Below are positions 41,288-56,260 of a stretch of DNA of 64,000 nt, piece by piece (positions within the stretch are counted from its first letter, which is position 1; each line of letters starts with the position of its first letter). The stretch lies in the NCBI GenBank assembly GCA_964016885.1, contig OZ024742.1:259594001-259658000 (forward strand), written 5' to 3'. The position numbers were made by a program, and so were the translations under genes. This DNA comes from Eledone cirrhosa (taxonomy: Eukaryota). The notes below the pieces were generated by a model, which made no database searches, was not told the origin of the DNA, and saw only the letters and a list, made by a program, of their open reading frames with translations.

Positions 41288-42770
41288 ATGACTACTATAT
41301 AAGATTCCAGTCTTCTTCTCAACAAGAAAGATGAATAAACCTGCTTCAACACTTAATTTTAAATCCTTAATTTTCAATTCTTTTTAATTTTTTTAATTGT
41401 AATACTCAACATTTGATAAGATCGATTACATTGATGCATCGGTTATATTTTATATATTTTATATACATTATAAAACTCCTTTTTTTTTTAAGTGTTCCTC
41501 TCATTTTTTCAATAATGTCAATTTGATGAATGAAAGAAGAAAACATAAATCCCCTAAATATACTTTTCGTGTTATTTCCAATTCCACCCTGTCTCTCTCT
41601 ATATATATATATACTGTATATATATTGGTCTTTGCCTTTCCCTTGTGCAACATCATTTCAGTGAAGCTGTGAGACTTGCATGCATAGCCGACTGCTGGTC
41701 TGTTATAATATACTCTACCTAGACTTTTATCTCTTTGAGATAAGCCCATGGTCAGTCAGTCAAGGGTGTACAACCCATGGTTCGTCGTGACCGGAGTGAG
41801 TATTTGCCTTTTACTCTAGTGTGTATGTGCATTGTTAAAGTCTACATGTTTTGCGTTTATTATTAAAGTAATGCACTGGGTAATTGCTGGCCTTGTGCCT
41901 AAAGTAGAAACAATTATTAAAGTATCAGTAATGTACTGGGTAATTGCTGGCCTTGCGTTAAAAGTAGGAACAATTATTATTATTATTCTGTTCACTTATC
42001 GATACTCCTAGTGATAGTGAATATGATTCCTGTCTTGGAGCATTACGCTTCATTTCACGTTTCTTTGTGATCGGATTAGAAACATTAGCATATTTCTAAT
42101 GAGACATTGCTCATGATTTTCAAATAATTGTGAAACTAAGCAACAATTTTGAGAGATTAATAATACCACTAATGTTCTCATTATTAACCTAAAATTTGAA
42201 ACATAACACAGCAAGAGTTCTTGCATGAAATTATCGTGGAAGGTTTTTAGATAAATATAAACATTTTAAAACAAACACTTTTATTTCATAAATCCACAAT
42301 AAACCTCCTATGATATGCAACATTATAAGGGGCCAGTAAAGCCGATGTAGGTTTGAGCTCTTTTTTTTTAATGCCGATACTGTTTTGTTTTGTTTTTTTT
42401 TAATCGAATTAATATCATAGAACGGCATCTATTGAGAAAAAAGCTGTTTATGGAGATTGGTCACGAGAAGATTCAGTTTTAACACCATTATCGCGTCTTC
42501 CTTTTACTACTGATAAGCTTCTGTATCAGTTAATAATGGTGTGCCAGCCTCTGAAACTAGTGAATTATTAGGATAATTGACTGCCTTACTACCGTGTGTG
42601 TTGAGATAATCACTAGAATTCTTGTAGAGTGGTGGTAAAATGATAGAGAGGGATAGCAGAGAGAGAGACAGAAACAAAGATACAGAGAAAGCAAACGAGA
42701 GAGAGCGAGAGGGCTGAGAGACACAGATAGGTAGAGAGAAGAGAAACAATCAGAAAGACAGATAGCTAGA

Positions 42771-42848
<78 letters not shown>

Positions 42849-43761
42849 GAGAGGCAGAGAGAGAGGGAGAGAAACAGAGAGACAGATAAAGAGAGACAGA
42901 GAGACAGAAAAAAACAGAGAGAGAGAGAGCACCAACAAAATACACACTTCTAAAAGTTACTCTCTAAAAAACAAAAAACTTTAAGTGTATATAATTAAAT
43001 ATAGAAGTATACGTTTTATTTCAAACGATAGACACACTTCTCACGAGTAATGGTTACTTCCTATCATGGCACAATTACCACTCACTCTGCACACCTTCCC
43101 AACGAAAATAAAATGCATTGCTGCTCTGCAAAGCTTGAATGCATTTTTTAAAGATAGGCTATTGAAAGTAGTGCAGGAGATAGGAGATGGAGCTATGTTA
43201 TCTGTAATGTGACAGAAACCAGTGATGGAAAACTTTCATACTTCAGTGATAAAAGTGTTAACGATCGTGATGATGATAGTGACGATAATAACGATAATGT
43301 GGAAAATTGTTGTTGTTGTTGTTGTTGTTATGGTCGTAGCAGTGGTGGGGGCGAACAGTGAAAAGGAAATGGATGAAATGGATTATGGTGATGACAATGC
43401 TAGTGGTGATGTGGGGGATATTCATGATGATGATAATGAAGGTGATGGTGGTTGTGGTTGCGGTAGTGCATTAGATCATTGTGTTGGTCGTGGTTGTGGC
43501 ACTACTGCTGGTGATGAGGATGATAATGATGGTGGTGGTGTTAAAGACAATGGTGACTTTTTTACATGGGTAAAATTTGACCATATATTTTTTGTGATAT
43601 GTACACATTAATGGTCTGCCCTCGAATTTCCTGGTTGAAAAAAAGGGAGGTAATTTGATACTGCTAGTCCTTTCCTCACGTCTCCTAACGCCTTTATCGT
43701 ACTTCTATACCATGAAATACTGTAAACTACTGCGACTACTACTACTACTACTAATAATAAT

Positions 43762-43972
43762 AATGGTTTATTGTTTGGGCACAAGGTCAGCAATTTGAAG
43801 GGGAGGGAAAGTCGATTAAATCCACCCGGTGTATTAGTGTTACTTTATTATATCGACCCATTAAGGATGAAAGACAATATAACCTCGGCAGGACTTGAAC
43901 TCATAACGTAAAGGGCCGTAACTCTAAACTGCAAAGCATATTTTCCGATACTGTACCAATACTGCCAATCCA
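43762..43972 (-). mobile_element. CORE-SINE
   Basis: Head, B-box and CORE motifs. Confidence 0.8.
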
Positions 43973-43989
43973 CTGTCCTAATAATGATA

Positions 43990-44029
<40 letters not shown>

Positions 44030-44526
44030 TTTCTTTATTAACCACAAGGGTTTACATAAAGTAGACATTAAGGACAGTGCAGGACAATACAGGACGGTAC
44101 AAATGGGCATTTCTGCGTGTAAAAAAATAGAGGATGTAATAAAATAACAAAGAAAAATTCCCCAATAGGGGGGAGACTTCCGAGGGACATTTGTGGAGAA
44201 AGCCCATTAAAAGACCACAGTGACCCTGACCACCAGGGCAAGTGCCCTCTCCCAGTTTTCCACCTTCAATTTACAGACACATACTCAGAGAAGGCCCATT
44301 CATTCGGGCCATACTTGCTTCTCTCACCCATCATTCAACAAAATGCTGGGAAGAGAGCACTTCCCTCTCTACCCTGATTTTCCTTTTCAAATGAAATTTG
44401 AAAAAGTTAATCAGGGCATCACCGAAGAGGTAAGTGCTCGTCTTCAGCCCTTTCAAACGTGTCCACCATACTATCTCTTTCGCCATGGCCACCAGACAGA
44501 TAAAAACTGCCTGCCCTTCCCGGCTA
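44030..44526 (-). mobile_element. L1/Tx1-type LINE 3' end flanked by (AAT)n
   Basis: SREGQAVFICLVAMAKEIVWWTRLKG..LINFFKFHLKRKIRVERE..FVE*W, followed by a 3'UTR with aataaa. Confidence 0.6.
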
Positions 44527-44545
44527 AATAATAATAATAATAATA

Positions 44546-44720
44546 ATAATTGTTTCTACTTTTGGCACAAGGTCATCAATTAACCAGTACATTACTGGTA
44601 CTTTATTTTATCGACCCCGTAAGGATAAAAGGCAAAGTTAACCTCGGCGGGATTTGAACTCAGACCGTAAAGGGAGGACGTAACTATGCTGGAAAGCATG
44701 GCGTCCGACTCTCTACCGAT
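44546..44720 (-). mobile_element. CORE-SINE
   Basis: Close match to the other copies. Confidence 0.9.
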
Positions 44721-46854
44721 TAATGATAGCAGTTTTTGATTTAGGCTTGATACATTACTGAGTCATACTCGATTGCGAGTGACGGCCTTAGCTTATTTTT
44801 GTCTTATTGCATCCCAGAGGGAGCAGTAAATTATTAAATAGTCTTCTTATATTAAGTGCTATAGTATTGTTGTTATTATTTGATTGTTGTCGTTGTTGCT
44901 TTTGTTGTTGGTGTGAGTTATGGTATTGATGGCTGGCTGTGTGTTGATGTTGATTTGTTGACCTTAGTAAGGATGGTGGTGTGCTGAGGAGCAGTGAGTG
45001 TAACGTCCTTTACACTACTCTATCCTCAGAGCTGTAATAATAAACGAAATGAAGTAGCCGTCTATATTTTTTTGTCTTTATTCTATTTTCCTTTTTTTTT
45101 CTTTTTTCTTTTTGTTTTGGTTTTTATTTAGCCTAGCAATAAACTTTCTCTGCAGGTCTGGCCTTTATCGATCATATCGTATTTAGTAGTTTGGATGGCT
45201 GTGTTAATAGAAATCATTGGTTGCTGACTTCAGTGAATCAAGGAATAGACAGGAGAGTAGAAATAAAACATTGTTTCAACTGAGCTTAACACCTCTCTTT
45301 TACAAGCAAACACTGTTTCAGCCTACCACGTCTAGCAGCATACTTAACGAAGACCAACAAGGAAGTAATATTTAGTTTATAACATACTAATATGTGAAAG
45401 CACTTGGCCGAGTAGCTAAAGTGTTAGACTCACAATCGTAACATCATATTTTCGATTAGTGGACTGGGCAGCGAGTTGTGTAATTCCTCAATAGGTTTCA
45501 TTCTACGTTGCTTTTCAGGATAGGACTTTGGTCCTTATCATTGAAACTCTTATGACACCTGTCATGTGCAATCTTGTAGGAGGTCAGTGAAACTTGCATA
45601 GGTGTGAGGTATAAGAAAATGCTAGGACATGGACCCCTATCATTAAAACATCTGAGAAACCCATTTTGATATGAAACTTCATATGGGACCAGTTAAATCT
45701 ACGTATTTGTGAGTTGTGCAGTTTTTAACATACCAATAAAACTAATTTTTCGGCAATGCAGAAATGACACATAAAAAAAGGGTAAATAAGAAGTGAGAAA
45801 AGGTATAAAAGTGAAATAAAGGAAAATTGAAAAATACAGAAAGATCTTTGCAGCCATACTAAAGAGTAACATTTTATGCATGGATGTGTGTGTGTGTGTG
45901 TGTGTGTGAATGTTTCTACGTGTGAGAAGTAAGTAGATTTGAATAAATCAGTTGAAATGTTAAATGATTGCCGCCTGAAAGACGTTATAGGGATTTTGAA
46001 AAGAAATTTATTGTGACACTGCCTTCGTTGATATAGGTTTTAATAAAAAGAACTGTTTGGTCAGTTTCGATGATGAATGCTCCAGTTTTTTGATAAACAG
46101 AACGGCCTGCCCATGAAATTAATGTGCCGGTGGGTAATCATTCCACAGACCTCTGTACCCTTTACGTAATTCTCAGGGAGATACATGACACAGTGTATGC
46201 TAGGGCTAAGTGCTAGATATTTGATGACATGTACAATCGATCCATCATCCCAATGTCACTCACAAGGAATGGGTCGACCCAAAGCTATGATAAATGAAAT
46301 TTGCACAATGTGTCACGTAGAAAATTCGAACCTGTGACTTAATGATTGCGAAAGGATTTCTTCAACCATTTGGCTAGGATATCTTAACAATTAGTAAAGA
46401 TGACAGCCATTTTCTTTTAGTACAAATCTTCTGTTGTTGTTTTCATTCACATTGCTATTACTGTTGCGTTTGGTGTTGTTGTTGGTATTGTTGTTGTGGC
46501 TGTTTTTGTTGTTGATATTGTTTTTTTTTCTGATGTGTTTTATTTTTCTTGGTAGTCTTTATAGCATTTTTATTGGTTTTCATAATTTTTCAAATTATCT
46601 CGCATTGTTTTTTATGGCTGTTATTGCTATTGTTGTTGCCGTTGATGTTGTTGCTGCTGCTGTAGTAGTTGTTATTGTTGTTGATATTAAGTGAAATGGA
46701 CGACACATAATTTTCAGGGAAATGAATAAATATATATATAAATAATTAAATAAATGAATATATTTTCTTTTATTAAACAAATTGGACTGGGTGAATATCA
46801 ATAGGTCATATGAAGTACTCAATTGTGCATTGTGTGTAATATACATATATACAT

Positions 46855-46906
<52 letters not shown>

Positions 46907-46977
46907 ACATGAGAGCCACCTATAGTAATCTAATATTACCGATCAACTGACTATGTATGTATATATATATATATATA

Positions 46978-47107
<130 letters not shown>

Positions 47108-49020
47108 TGTGTGTGTGTATGTGTATCTATATATAATGATGCTCTCAAATAAGAGATAACCTGAAAAAAATTATCATTGACCTTAAACCGCTAATATATA
47201 TATATATATATTTATATTTAATAGCACGAGCTCACTATCTTAGAGATATTGTATTTGTAACTGAAGTCTATATAGACGGATACGATAGACAATAGAAACA
47301 TATCTGGGTCTATAAAAAGAGAGAAACAAAGAAACGTACAAAATGTGTGACACTGAGTCTTTAAGGATGCATATACCCGTGGAATGCTGAACCAGTCACA
47401 CGTATATTTCAAGACCAGGCTGTTCCGTTAATCGAACAACTGCAACACTCATCGTCGGAATCGGTGGTGGTCCATTTCATTCCACATTAAACTGCAAAGT
47501 TGACCTCAACTGAATCCGAACTCAGAATGCAGGCTACCGGAATAATTACCGCATAACATCTAATTGGATGCTCTAATGCTTCTGCCCAATTTGGTTGGGA
47601 TGCTTGGCGTAGGATCGTCATGTCGTCGGTTCAATTCCTGGAGAGCTGCTGTGTCGTGTTCTTGAGCAAAACACTTTATTTCGGGTTACTCCAGTATACT
47701 CAGCTGAGACAACTGAGTATCAGCAGTAGTTTGGCTGTTAATCCTGAGATAGACTGGCTTCCAAACCAGGGATAATGTTGCACTCTCAGTCGCTTAGAAC
47801 TAAAGAAATCTGGGATAAGCACTGGGTGGAATATAATAAGAACCTGGATATAAATATAGAGTTTAACATTTCAAATTGTAGAATATTTATAGTATGAATC
47901 TCAGAACTTGTAATGTCCACCGATATATATTGTTGTAGGTTTTGTCTTTTAATGCTTTTAGTATTAAGTCAAACTGAGGCCATGCTAACCACACAGCTAT
48001 ACCTGCGACTAATATAAAGATGAATTTATTTAATTTCAGAATTGTACTTGCCTGTCAGGTAACTTGTTCTGAGACTGCTTGTTGAAACTAAAGCAATTAC
48101 ATCATGAAATATTCCATTTAGCTACAATTATACTTGTCTGGCAGACGACTTGTTTTGAGACTATGCGTTGAAACTGAAGCAATTACATCGTGGAGAAATG
48201 ATGTGAGCCATTCTAAGACACACACAAGAACCGTTAATTTCACAATTATCATATATTTTTTCGTATCAAAATTTTTACAGTGGAACTGTGTCGGTGATCA
48301 AGTCGGGAATAGTGTGACGAAGATGTTGACACGAAACATAGATGATAAATATAAAGTAGTTGTGAAATTTAGAATGACTAAAATGACTCTTCCATACTAT
48401 AATTACTGCATTTTTAAAAATCTTTAAATAAGAATTATTCCAGCAAATAAAATACCTTAAGTGATTCAAACTTAAAGATATTGAATCAATTATCTTCATA
48501 TCGGAAGTAGAATCGTTATATTTTTTATGATATTGAACTTTGACAAGAATTGTCATCTCAGTTATTCTTGTATCGGCGAATTTGGTTTCCTAAACTATTC
48601 ATTGTAGTAACTGCCACTGAGAGTGTGAAGTGTCTTGGATAATAACACACAGAACTGAAAGCCGATAAATATTGCAATGAAACAAACAGTTATCTACTGC
48701 TGTTTGTACAAAGTCGTCTGTTCCCCTGTGATTTGCATCAGATATTACGTACAACTGTTCCTAATAGTCTAACAGTGATATATATCCATATAAATTCCTA
48801 TTTATTTAGCCATAAACTGGTAGTTGAATAAAAGCTAACAAATATCTGTCCAATATATAAAATTCTGCTATGGTATTTGATACAATTGACTAATTTAAAT
48901 GATTTGAATTCCGAGACGTCATGAGGAAATAGAAGAAAGTGATTATTATTAAAAAAAACTGATGTATTAAGTGTCCAAAATAGTGGTCATATATCTTTAG
49001 ACATACATATATATGTGCGC

Positions 49021-49146
<126 letters not shown>

Positions 49147-49412
49147 CTAGCTCTTTCTAACAATGATATTTCCCTATACAAGTATATAACTTCCCCAAAA
49201 TGACTGACTGAAAAAATATTTTCCTTGTCTTAGTTTTCTTAATCTCGTCAATATTTCTATTTCTTTTTCAATCTCTCAGGCTATCTTCCAATGAAAGACT
49301 AACGTCCGAAACGTTACGACAATACTCCTACCATATCAAGAGTTAAACTACTATATATGATCATTGTACTTTATTATTTCTGTATTGTTTTTCTTTGTTG
49401 TGTTTTAGCATA

Positions 49413-49461
<49 letters not shown>

Positions 49462-51229
49462 CGGTATGCTAAAAGACAACAAAGACAACAAATATATTTT
49501 GATCTCGTTGTTTACAATTTGCTAAACAAATTCATTTGGAACATGCTCATGGGATTATTTCTAATACGATATTCCCAGCGAGAAGCCTAAGCTATGAAAA
49601 CAGTATAATTACTGTATCGACAGATTAACATAAAAATGTTAAATTACTCACAATTTCATCAATTGAATCAGCCAGTATCCTCCTAGTTTAGCACACAAAA
49701 ATCCACCGGAGTATATATATGCAGGTTTGGTCGGAGGGGTCGGTTTATTCGCCGAAGACACGACCATGTGACAGGTTGTATAGATGCATATATAATATGT
49801 TTATGTACCTATGTACACACGCTCATTTATATATATTTGTGTATGTGTGTCGATCTTAATGATTTTTAATTTAGGCACCAGTCCAGTAATTTAAGGAGAG
49901 GGGGAAAATCGTTATACTAACCTCAGTACAGGGCTGGTACTTTATGTTATCGGTTACGGAAGGACGAAAGGTAAAGTTGACCGCGGCGGGATATTGGAGT
50001 TTAGAGAGCCAAAACAAACACCACGAAGCTATTTTTCGATGGTCTAACGGTTCTGCCAATCTAGACCTTGTGTGTCTTTAGAATGATCTTTACTACAACT
50101 CCAGTGTCGTTGCTGTCTTCTGGCTGTTGTTGATGTTACTACAATCGATTCCGTAGTTTTGTTACTATGTAATACTAACAAACCAAACGCCATTTGCCTT
50201 TGTAATAAGAAACAGCTGTCATGGAGGTCAACACCAACCAATTTCCTCGCCATCAAAAGAATTCGTCAAGTTCTCTTATCTTTCTCATTTTCATACGTGT
50301 TTTCTTTCAGATTGTTTTTCCTCTCTTTTACTTCTTTTATTCGTCTTTCTTTCCTTCCCTTGTCTTTTATTCCTTCCTTGCTACGTTAATTCTAAGAATA
50401 TTTCTTTGTTTCCTCCTTCTTTCGTTATTTTCTGGATTCTAACGTCAACCCTTTTGATAACAAACTACCTAAAACCGACTCTGGTTCTATGATACAAATA
50501 TTTTTGTTTCAAATGCTTTTTTATGAAAACTCTTCCTCATAATTTTATGGAAGAACCTTTGTTAAGGTATCTTCCAAACCATCTAAAACAGCTCCTGGTT
50601 CTATGATAAAAATATTTGCCTTTCAAATGTTTATGTTTATGTAAAAACCTTAACTCATAATTTTATGTAAGCACCTTTGTTATGTTATGTTCCAAACACC
50701 TCTTTAATACTGAAATAATTAGTTGTTGGATCTCCGGTGGTTTTATCAGTTTTTCTGTTTACTTAAAGAACGGAACACACTTTTCTTGAAATTAAGATGC
50801 AAGTCGCAGAGCATTTCACAGATATACGTATCCTTAACGTAATTCTCAGAGAGATTCAGCGTCACAGGGTGGGTGACATGGCTAGCCCTACGAACTATCG
50901 TTACAGTCTATCCGACGGGCTTCTCACCATTTTCCGTCTACTCAATTTGACTCACAATGAACGAGGCGATCACACTTGTCCAAGATGTCACGCAGTAAAA
51001 TCGAACCACAGACCTAATGATTGTAAAGCCAACCTTTTATTCATTCGACTATACTGCGTTCACAGAGTAGAATAATACCCCTCATTAATTGTTATTAAAT
51101 TCTGATTCTCTCTAATTGGTGTCAATTAAGGAAAATAAATCATTTATATTTTCCTGTAAGACTGCAAGAAGAAGAAGATAAGAGAGCTGAGAGCTTAAGA
51201 TAAGATAGAGATAGAGAGGGAGAGAGAGC

Positions 51230-51305
<76 letters not shown>

Positions 51306-51687
51306 AACAGATGAGGTGAAGTTCAAAGAGTGCGTAGGTATATGAGTATAAGATCAAACTAAAAGACGTAGAGGAAAGAAAAAAGGCAAGAAAATCTAGG
51401 TAAGTGCAAGAGACTGGGAAGAGAGAAAAGCTGAGAAAATCAAGATATGTGTACAAGAAGCGGGAGGAAGTAAGCTGATAGAAAACCAGAATAACCCCAT
51501 GATATAAACAATAAAAATAAGAAAATATTGACGAATGTTTTATTTAAAAATGGTTTACACTGGTAGGTAGTGTGGTTTGGCGTGGGCTGCGGTAGTGGGT
51601 GAAGGTGATCGATTTGGGTAGGTGTAAAATGTTCCGTTCCAGTCACTCTGTCTCGGCATTTATGTATATATATATATCCGTTTACCA

Positions 51688-51718
<31 letters not shown>

Positions 51719-51892
51719 AAGCTGGTTTGTATTTTTAGGATGGGCGAATTGGGAAGATAAAAACAAAGACAAAACAAAAATTATGTATGTGTGTACGTAT
51801 ATATGAGCGATATAGTTTGCTTGAAGCATCGTGATACACACATAAATACACACACACACACACATGCATATATGTATATGTATATATATATA

Positions 51893-51935
<43 letters not shown>

Positions 51936-51938
<3 letters not shown>

Positions 51939-52172
51939 AAGAATTAGTATATCTACCAACATATATATACAGATGCATACCTATGCTAGCAAATATATAG
52001 GTTTTGTCTTAGTAACTTTGTGGTTCAATGCAAGGGGATGCAGAACAATTATATGAAAGACGTAAAATAAGAAAATTATAAAAGTTAACTTACTAAAATT
52101 TCACTCCAACTAATTAGTTGGAGTGAAATTTTAGTAAGTAAGTTAATTTCTATAATTTTCTTATTTTACGTC

Positions 52173-52180
<8 letters not shown>
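51936..52180 (-). mobile_element. Tail plus near-perfect 130 bp palindrome in (TA)n
   Basis: The palindrome at 52051-52180 is centred on ccaactaattagttgg. A homolog lies at 36928-37088. Confidence 0.8.
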
Positions 52181-52237
<57 letters not shown>

Positions 52238-52242
<5 letters not shown>

Positions 52243-52516
52243 ATAAATTAACGGAGCCAAGACTCTCGTTAGTCCCTGTCAATAAGGTGCTCAAAGGAAA
52301 AGGAATCCTGAGCTCTTTAAAATACAATATGTTGAAAAGGTAACACACTAGAGAGAGATAGTGCGTCATCAATAAAACAGGGAAAACCACCAGTGTAAGG
52401 AATCTATAATCTATATAATCTAATTTCATAGATTATAGATTCCGTACATTGGTGGTTTTCCTTGTTTTATTGATGGCGCACTATCTCTCACTAGTGTGTT
52501 ACCTTTTCAACATATT

Positions 52517-52520
<4 letters not shown>
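52238..52520 (-). mobile_element. Tail plus about 90 bp-arm hairpin element in (TA)n
   Basis: Arms at about 52324-52414 and 52428-52518, with a tail at 52238-52323. Confidence 0.8.
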
Positions 52521-52561
<41 letters not shown>

Positions 52562-52572
52562 TACATATATAT

Positions 52573-52645
<73 letters not shown>

Positions 52646-53383
52646 GAAGTGGCTCCAGTTATTTTCAGAATAAATGTTGTGTAAACAAAAATATTTCCCC
52701 AAAATTAGAAATGCCCCAGAATAATGGATTTATATCGATAGACCTGCGTCACATACGAAGATGAATGATCCATTTGTTTGATCAATAGAACAGCTTATTC
52801 ATGAAATTTATGTGTAAGTAGTAGAGCATTCCGTGATATCGAAATTCTGGTAGATACATTGTATAACAAGGTTGGCCCTTTGAATTACAGGTACAGTCCA
52901 AACAGTTTCCGTTTACTGGATTCCACTCGAAAGGTACGGGTCAACCTGTGGCTATTGTAAATCACACTTGCCTAAGATTACACGCAGTGATATTGAACGC
53001 AGTACTTGGTGACTGCGAGGCGAATTCTTTAACCATTAAGCCATGCGGTATCTATTGGATTTAGACAAGGAATAAAGACGCGATCTATACTCAGTATCAA
53101 TCAATCGATATTTAAATTTTGATTCCCTGTAAATAATCTCAATTAGAGGAAGATATGCACTTTGGCAACTAATTCATATCCGTCTTGATTCCACTTTGCC
53201 ATCAATTGTTCCATGGTCGATTTAGAAAGTACCAGCCCAGCACTGTTAAAACTCATTTCTATATATACGAATGAACATAAAAGGGAGGGTAGTCTTAATG
53301 CATAATTAAATTTATCGTGGTATACGCATTTGAAATGGCTAAACGCATGACACACGTCCATTGTGGCGTTTGCTCGCTTAGCA

Positions 53384-53449
<66 letters not shown>

Positions 53450-53820
53450 ATATATATATATATGATGAGGTCATTGCCATACAATGGGTATCATCGAAAT
53501 ATATATAGCGGTATGACCTCCTCAGGCAGTCAGTAAGTTCTTAGATATGCCAGCTCTGGGTTTTGGGTGTTGATGGCTTTAGAGCCTTGGGACATATATA
53601 TATATATATTTATATAACAAAGAGCGTGTGGTTAGATAGGAAGTAGACCATAGCGCACCAGAGTACTCTAATTAGGGTAGTAGAGTGGATAATAGGAAAA
53701 GAGTCAGGACCTCGAACGCTACAAAAATGCTACAATCAAATTGTTCGGCTCTAGCTGTCGAGCCGGCCGGAGCTCAGCCATTAGGGTCCTGAATCTTTTG
53801 CTATATATATATATATATAT

Positions 53821-55463
53821 AGAAGTGGTTACACAACAGTTAGTTCACCATACCGAGAACAATTGTTTCACCTTAGCGGGTTATCAACTCGTAATGGGCA
53901 TGGTTATACGGAACAGGAAGGACAACCGTACGAACGCGCATGCGCAGAAACCCGTCACTTCACACAGGCAATACTAAAATGCGTGCGAGAGGTGTAAGGG
54001 AGATAACTGCGAAAGTTCGAAAAGTTTTTAGTAGATAAGAAAAAATATTGATGTTGTTAGAATAATTCATTCAATCCGGAGCTTTGTAGTCATGCAATAG
54101 GTATTTCGAGACGTGTGGACAACGTGTGAAATATTCATTTCTCGTGTTTAGGCAATTACTATTGCATAATCCCTTTAGAATATTTATTCGTTCGTCAATA
54201 CACAGTCCACACGACGGATTTCCCCTTGCGTATGGCTTGGACTTAGTGATGGCTTTCCATTGAATGGAGTAGTCTATACTTGAGTCCTTGAGGGACCATA
54301 CGTGGCTCGCGAGTTTCGTATATGAACCGGGTAGCTAAAGGTCGACTGATGGTTCAGGAAACGTTCCTTAAATCGGCCCTCCGCCATGCCCACATAGGAT
54401 TTGACTCCTGTGGTTGGTTTGGTCGGTTGGAAGTGACCACAGCTTCATAAATTACAGCTGGTGTGTTGCAACAACAGCAATAAGAAAAGAAAGCGCAACA
54501 ATAGACAAACTATCTGGTTCTCTCCTCGCTTCTCACTCAACGTTACAACTAATGTAGGCAAAAGATTTCTAGCTCTCTTAGACACTTTCCCATAGGTCAT
54601 AAATACCGCTCCATCTTTAACCGACACAAAGTAAAACTAGGATACTCCTGCGCTAAGAACATGAAGGCCTACATCACCAGCAACCCTAGGAGCAACACCC
54701 CACCAGGGTGCTCTTGCCGTAAGCCCTAAGATTTCCCCCTTCAACAGCAATGCAACACACCAGCTTATGAAGTTGTGGTCACTTCCAACCGACCAAACCA
54801 ACAACAGGAGGTCAAATCCTATGTGGGCATGGCGGAGGGCCGATTTAAGTAACGTTTCCTGAACCATCAGTCGACCTTTAGCTACACGGACAGACGTTCA
54901 TCCACGAAACTCGCGAGCCACGTATGGTCCCTCAAGGACTCAAGTATAGACTACTCCAGTCAATGGAAAGCCATCACTAAGTCCAAACCATACGCAAGGG
55001 GAAATCCGTCGTGTGGACTGTGTATTGACGAACAAATAAATATTCTAAAGCGATTATGCAATAGTGATTGCCTAAACACGAGAAATGAATTTTTCACACG
55101 TTGTGCACACGTCTCGAAACACTTATTGCATAACTACAAAGCTCCAGATTGAATGAATTATTCTAACAACATCAATATTTTTCTTATCAACTAAAAACTT
55201 TTCGGACTTTCGCAGTTATCTCCCTTACACCTCTCGCACGCATTTTAGTATTGCCTGTGTGAAGTGACGGGTTTCTGCGCATGCGCGTTCGTACGGTTGT
55301 CCTTCCTGTTCCGTATAACCATGCCCATTACGAGTTGATAACCCGCTAAGGTGAAACAATTGTTCTCGGTATGGTGAACTAACTATTGTGTAACCACTTC
55401 TACCTAACTCGTCCAATGGACTGAGTGCTCTACCACTACGGATATTACCTTCCAGTGTTCTAC

Positions 55464-55467
<4 letters not shown>
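53821..55467 (+). mobile_element. Penelope-like element forming a 1.6 kb palindrome
   Basis: About 650 bp arms at 53821-54470 and 54751-55401, with a tail at 55402-55467. Hammerhead-like CGAG TTGATAA CC..GG T GAAA CAATTG TT^CTCG at 55331-55368 and 53854-53891. Confidence 0.9.
54471..55152 (+). pseudogene. PLE RT-thumb/linker and GIY-YIG remnant
   Basis: KRKRNNRQTIWFSPRFSLNVTTNVGKRFLALL/HFPIGHKYRSIFNRHKVKLGYSC, then SYVGMAEGRFK*RFLNHQSTF..TKLASHVWSLKD..QWK..PY..CGLCIDE..LNTRNEFFTRCAH. Confidence 0.9.
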
Positions 55468-55553
<86 letters not shown>

Positions 55554-55605
55554 GGAAAAAATGAAACGATATTTCATTTCCCACTCTTAGTACGGCTGTT
55601 ACATA

Positions 55606-55697
<92 letters not shown>

Positions 55698-55923
55698 TGG
55701 AAAATGTGTGAGATCCTTAGTACAGTTAGATATACTTGAAAAAAAGGAAAAGAATGACTTCACTTGTAGTGCTAAATAATTTTATTTAATTTTATATTAT
55801 AATATTATGAGTTGGTATCGATGATACATACCTGTCTCCCCTCTCCACGCCACCGTTATTGTCCAAGGGAAAGGCAAAATTTCTAACCACTAAACCACGT
55901 GCCTTCACACAAACACTTCCACA

Positions 55924-56260
55924 TCTGAGTTCAAGTACCACCGAGGTTAGCTCTTTACCCTTCATCCTTACGAGGTCGATAAAATAAAGACCAGTTACGC
56001 ACTGGGGTTGATTTACTCGACTTTCTCCTCCCCGCAAATTGCTGGCCTTGTGCCTATAGTAGAAACCGTGGGCAGTGGATTGGCAGTATCGGTAGAGGGT
56101 CGGACGCCATGCTTTCCAGCATAGTTACGTCCCTTTACGATCTGAGTTCAAATCCCGCCGAGGTTGACTTTGCCTTTCATCCTTACGGGGTCGATAAAAT
56201 AAAGTACCAGTAATGCACTGGGTAATTGCTGGCCTTGTGCCTAAAGTAGAAACAATTATT
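55924..56260 (+). mobile_element. Two CORE-SINE copies (55924-56066 and 56069-56260)
   Basis: Head, B-box, CORE and tail motifs. Confidence 0.9.

Noticed and set aside
42507-42620. Possible terminal exon (SDYLNTHGSKAVNYPNNSLVSEAGTPLLTDTEAYQ*) on the minus strand
   Set aside because: It has no recognisable homology, and the upstream pyrimidine tract is a (CT)n microsatellite.
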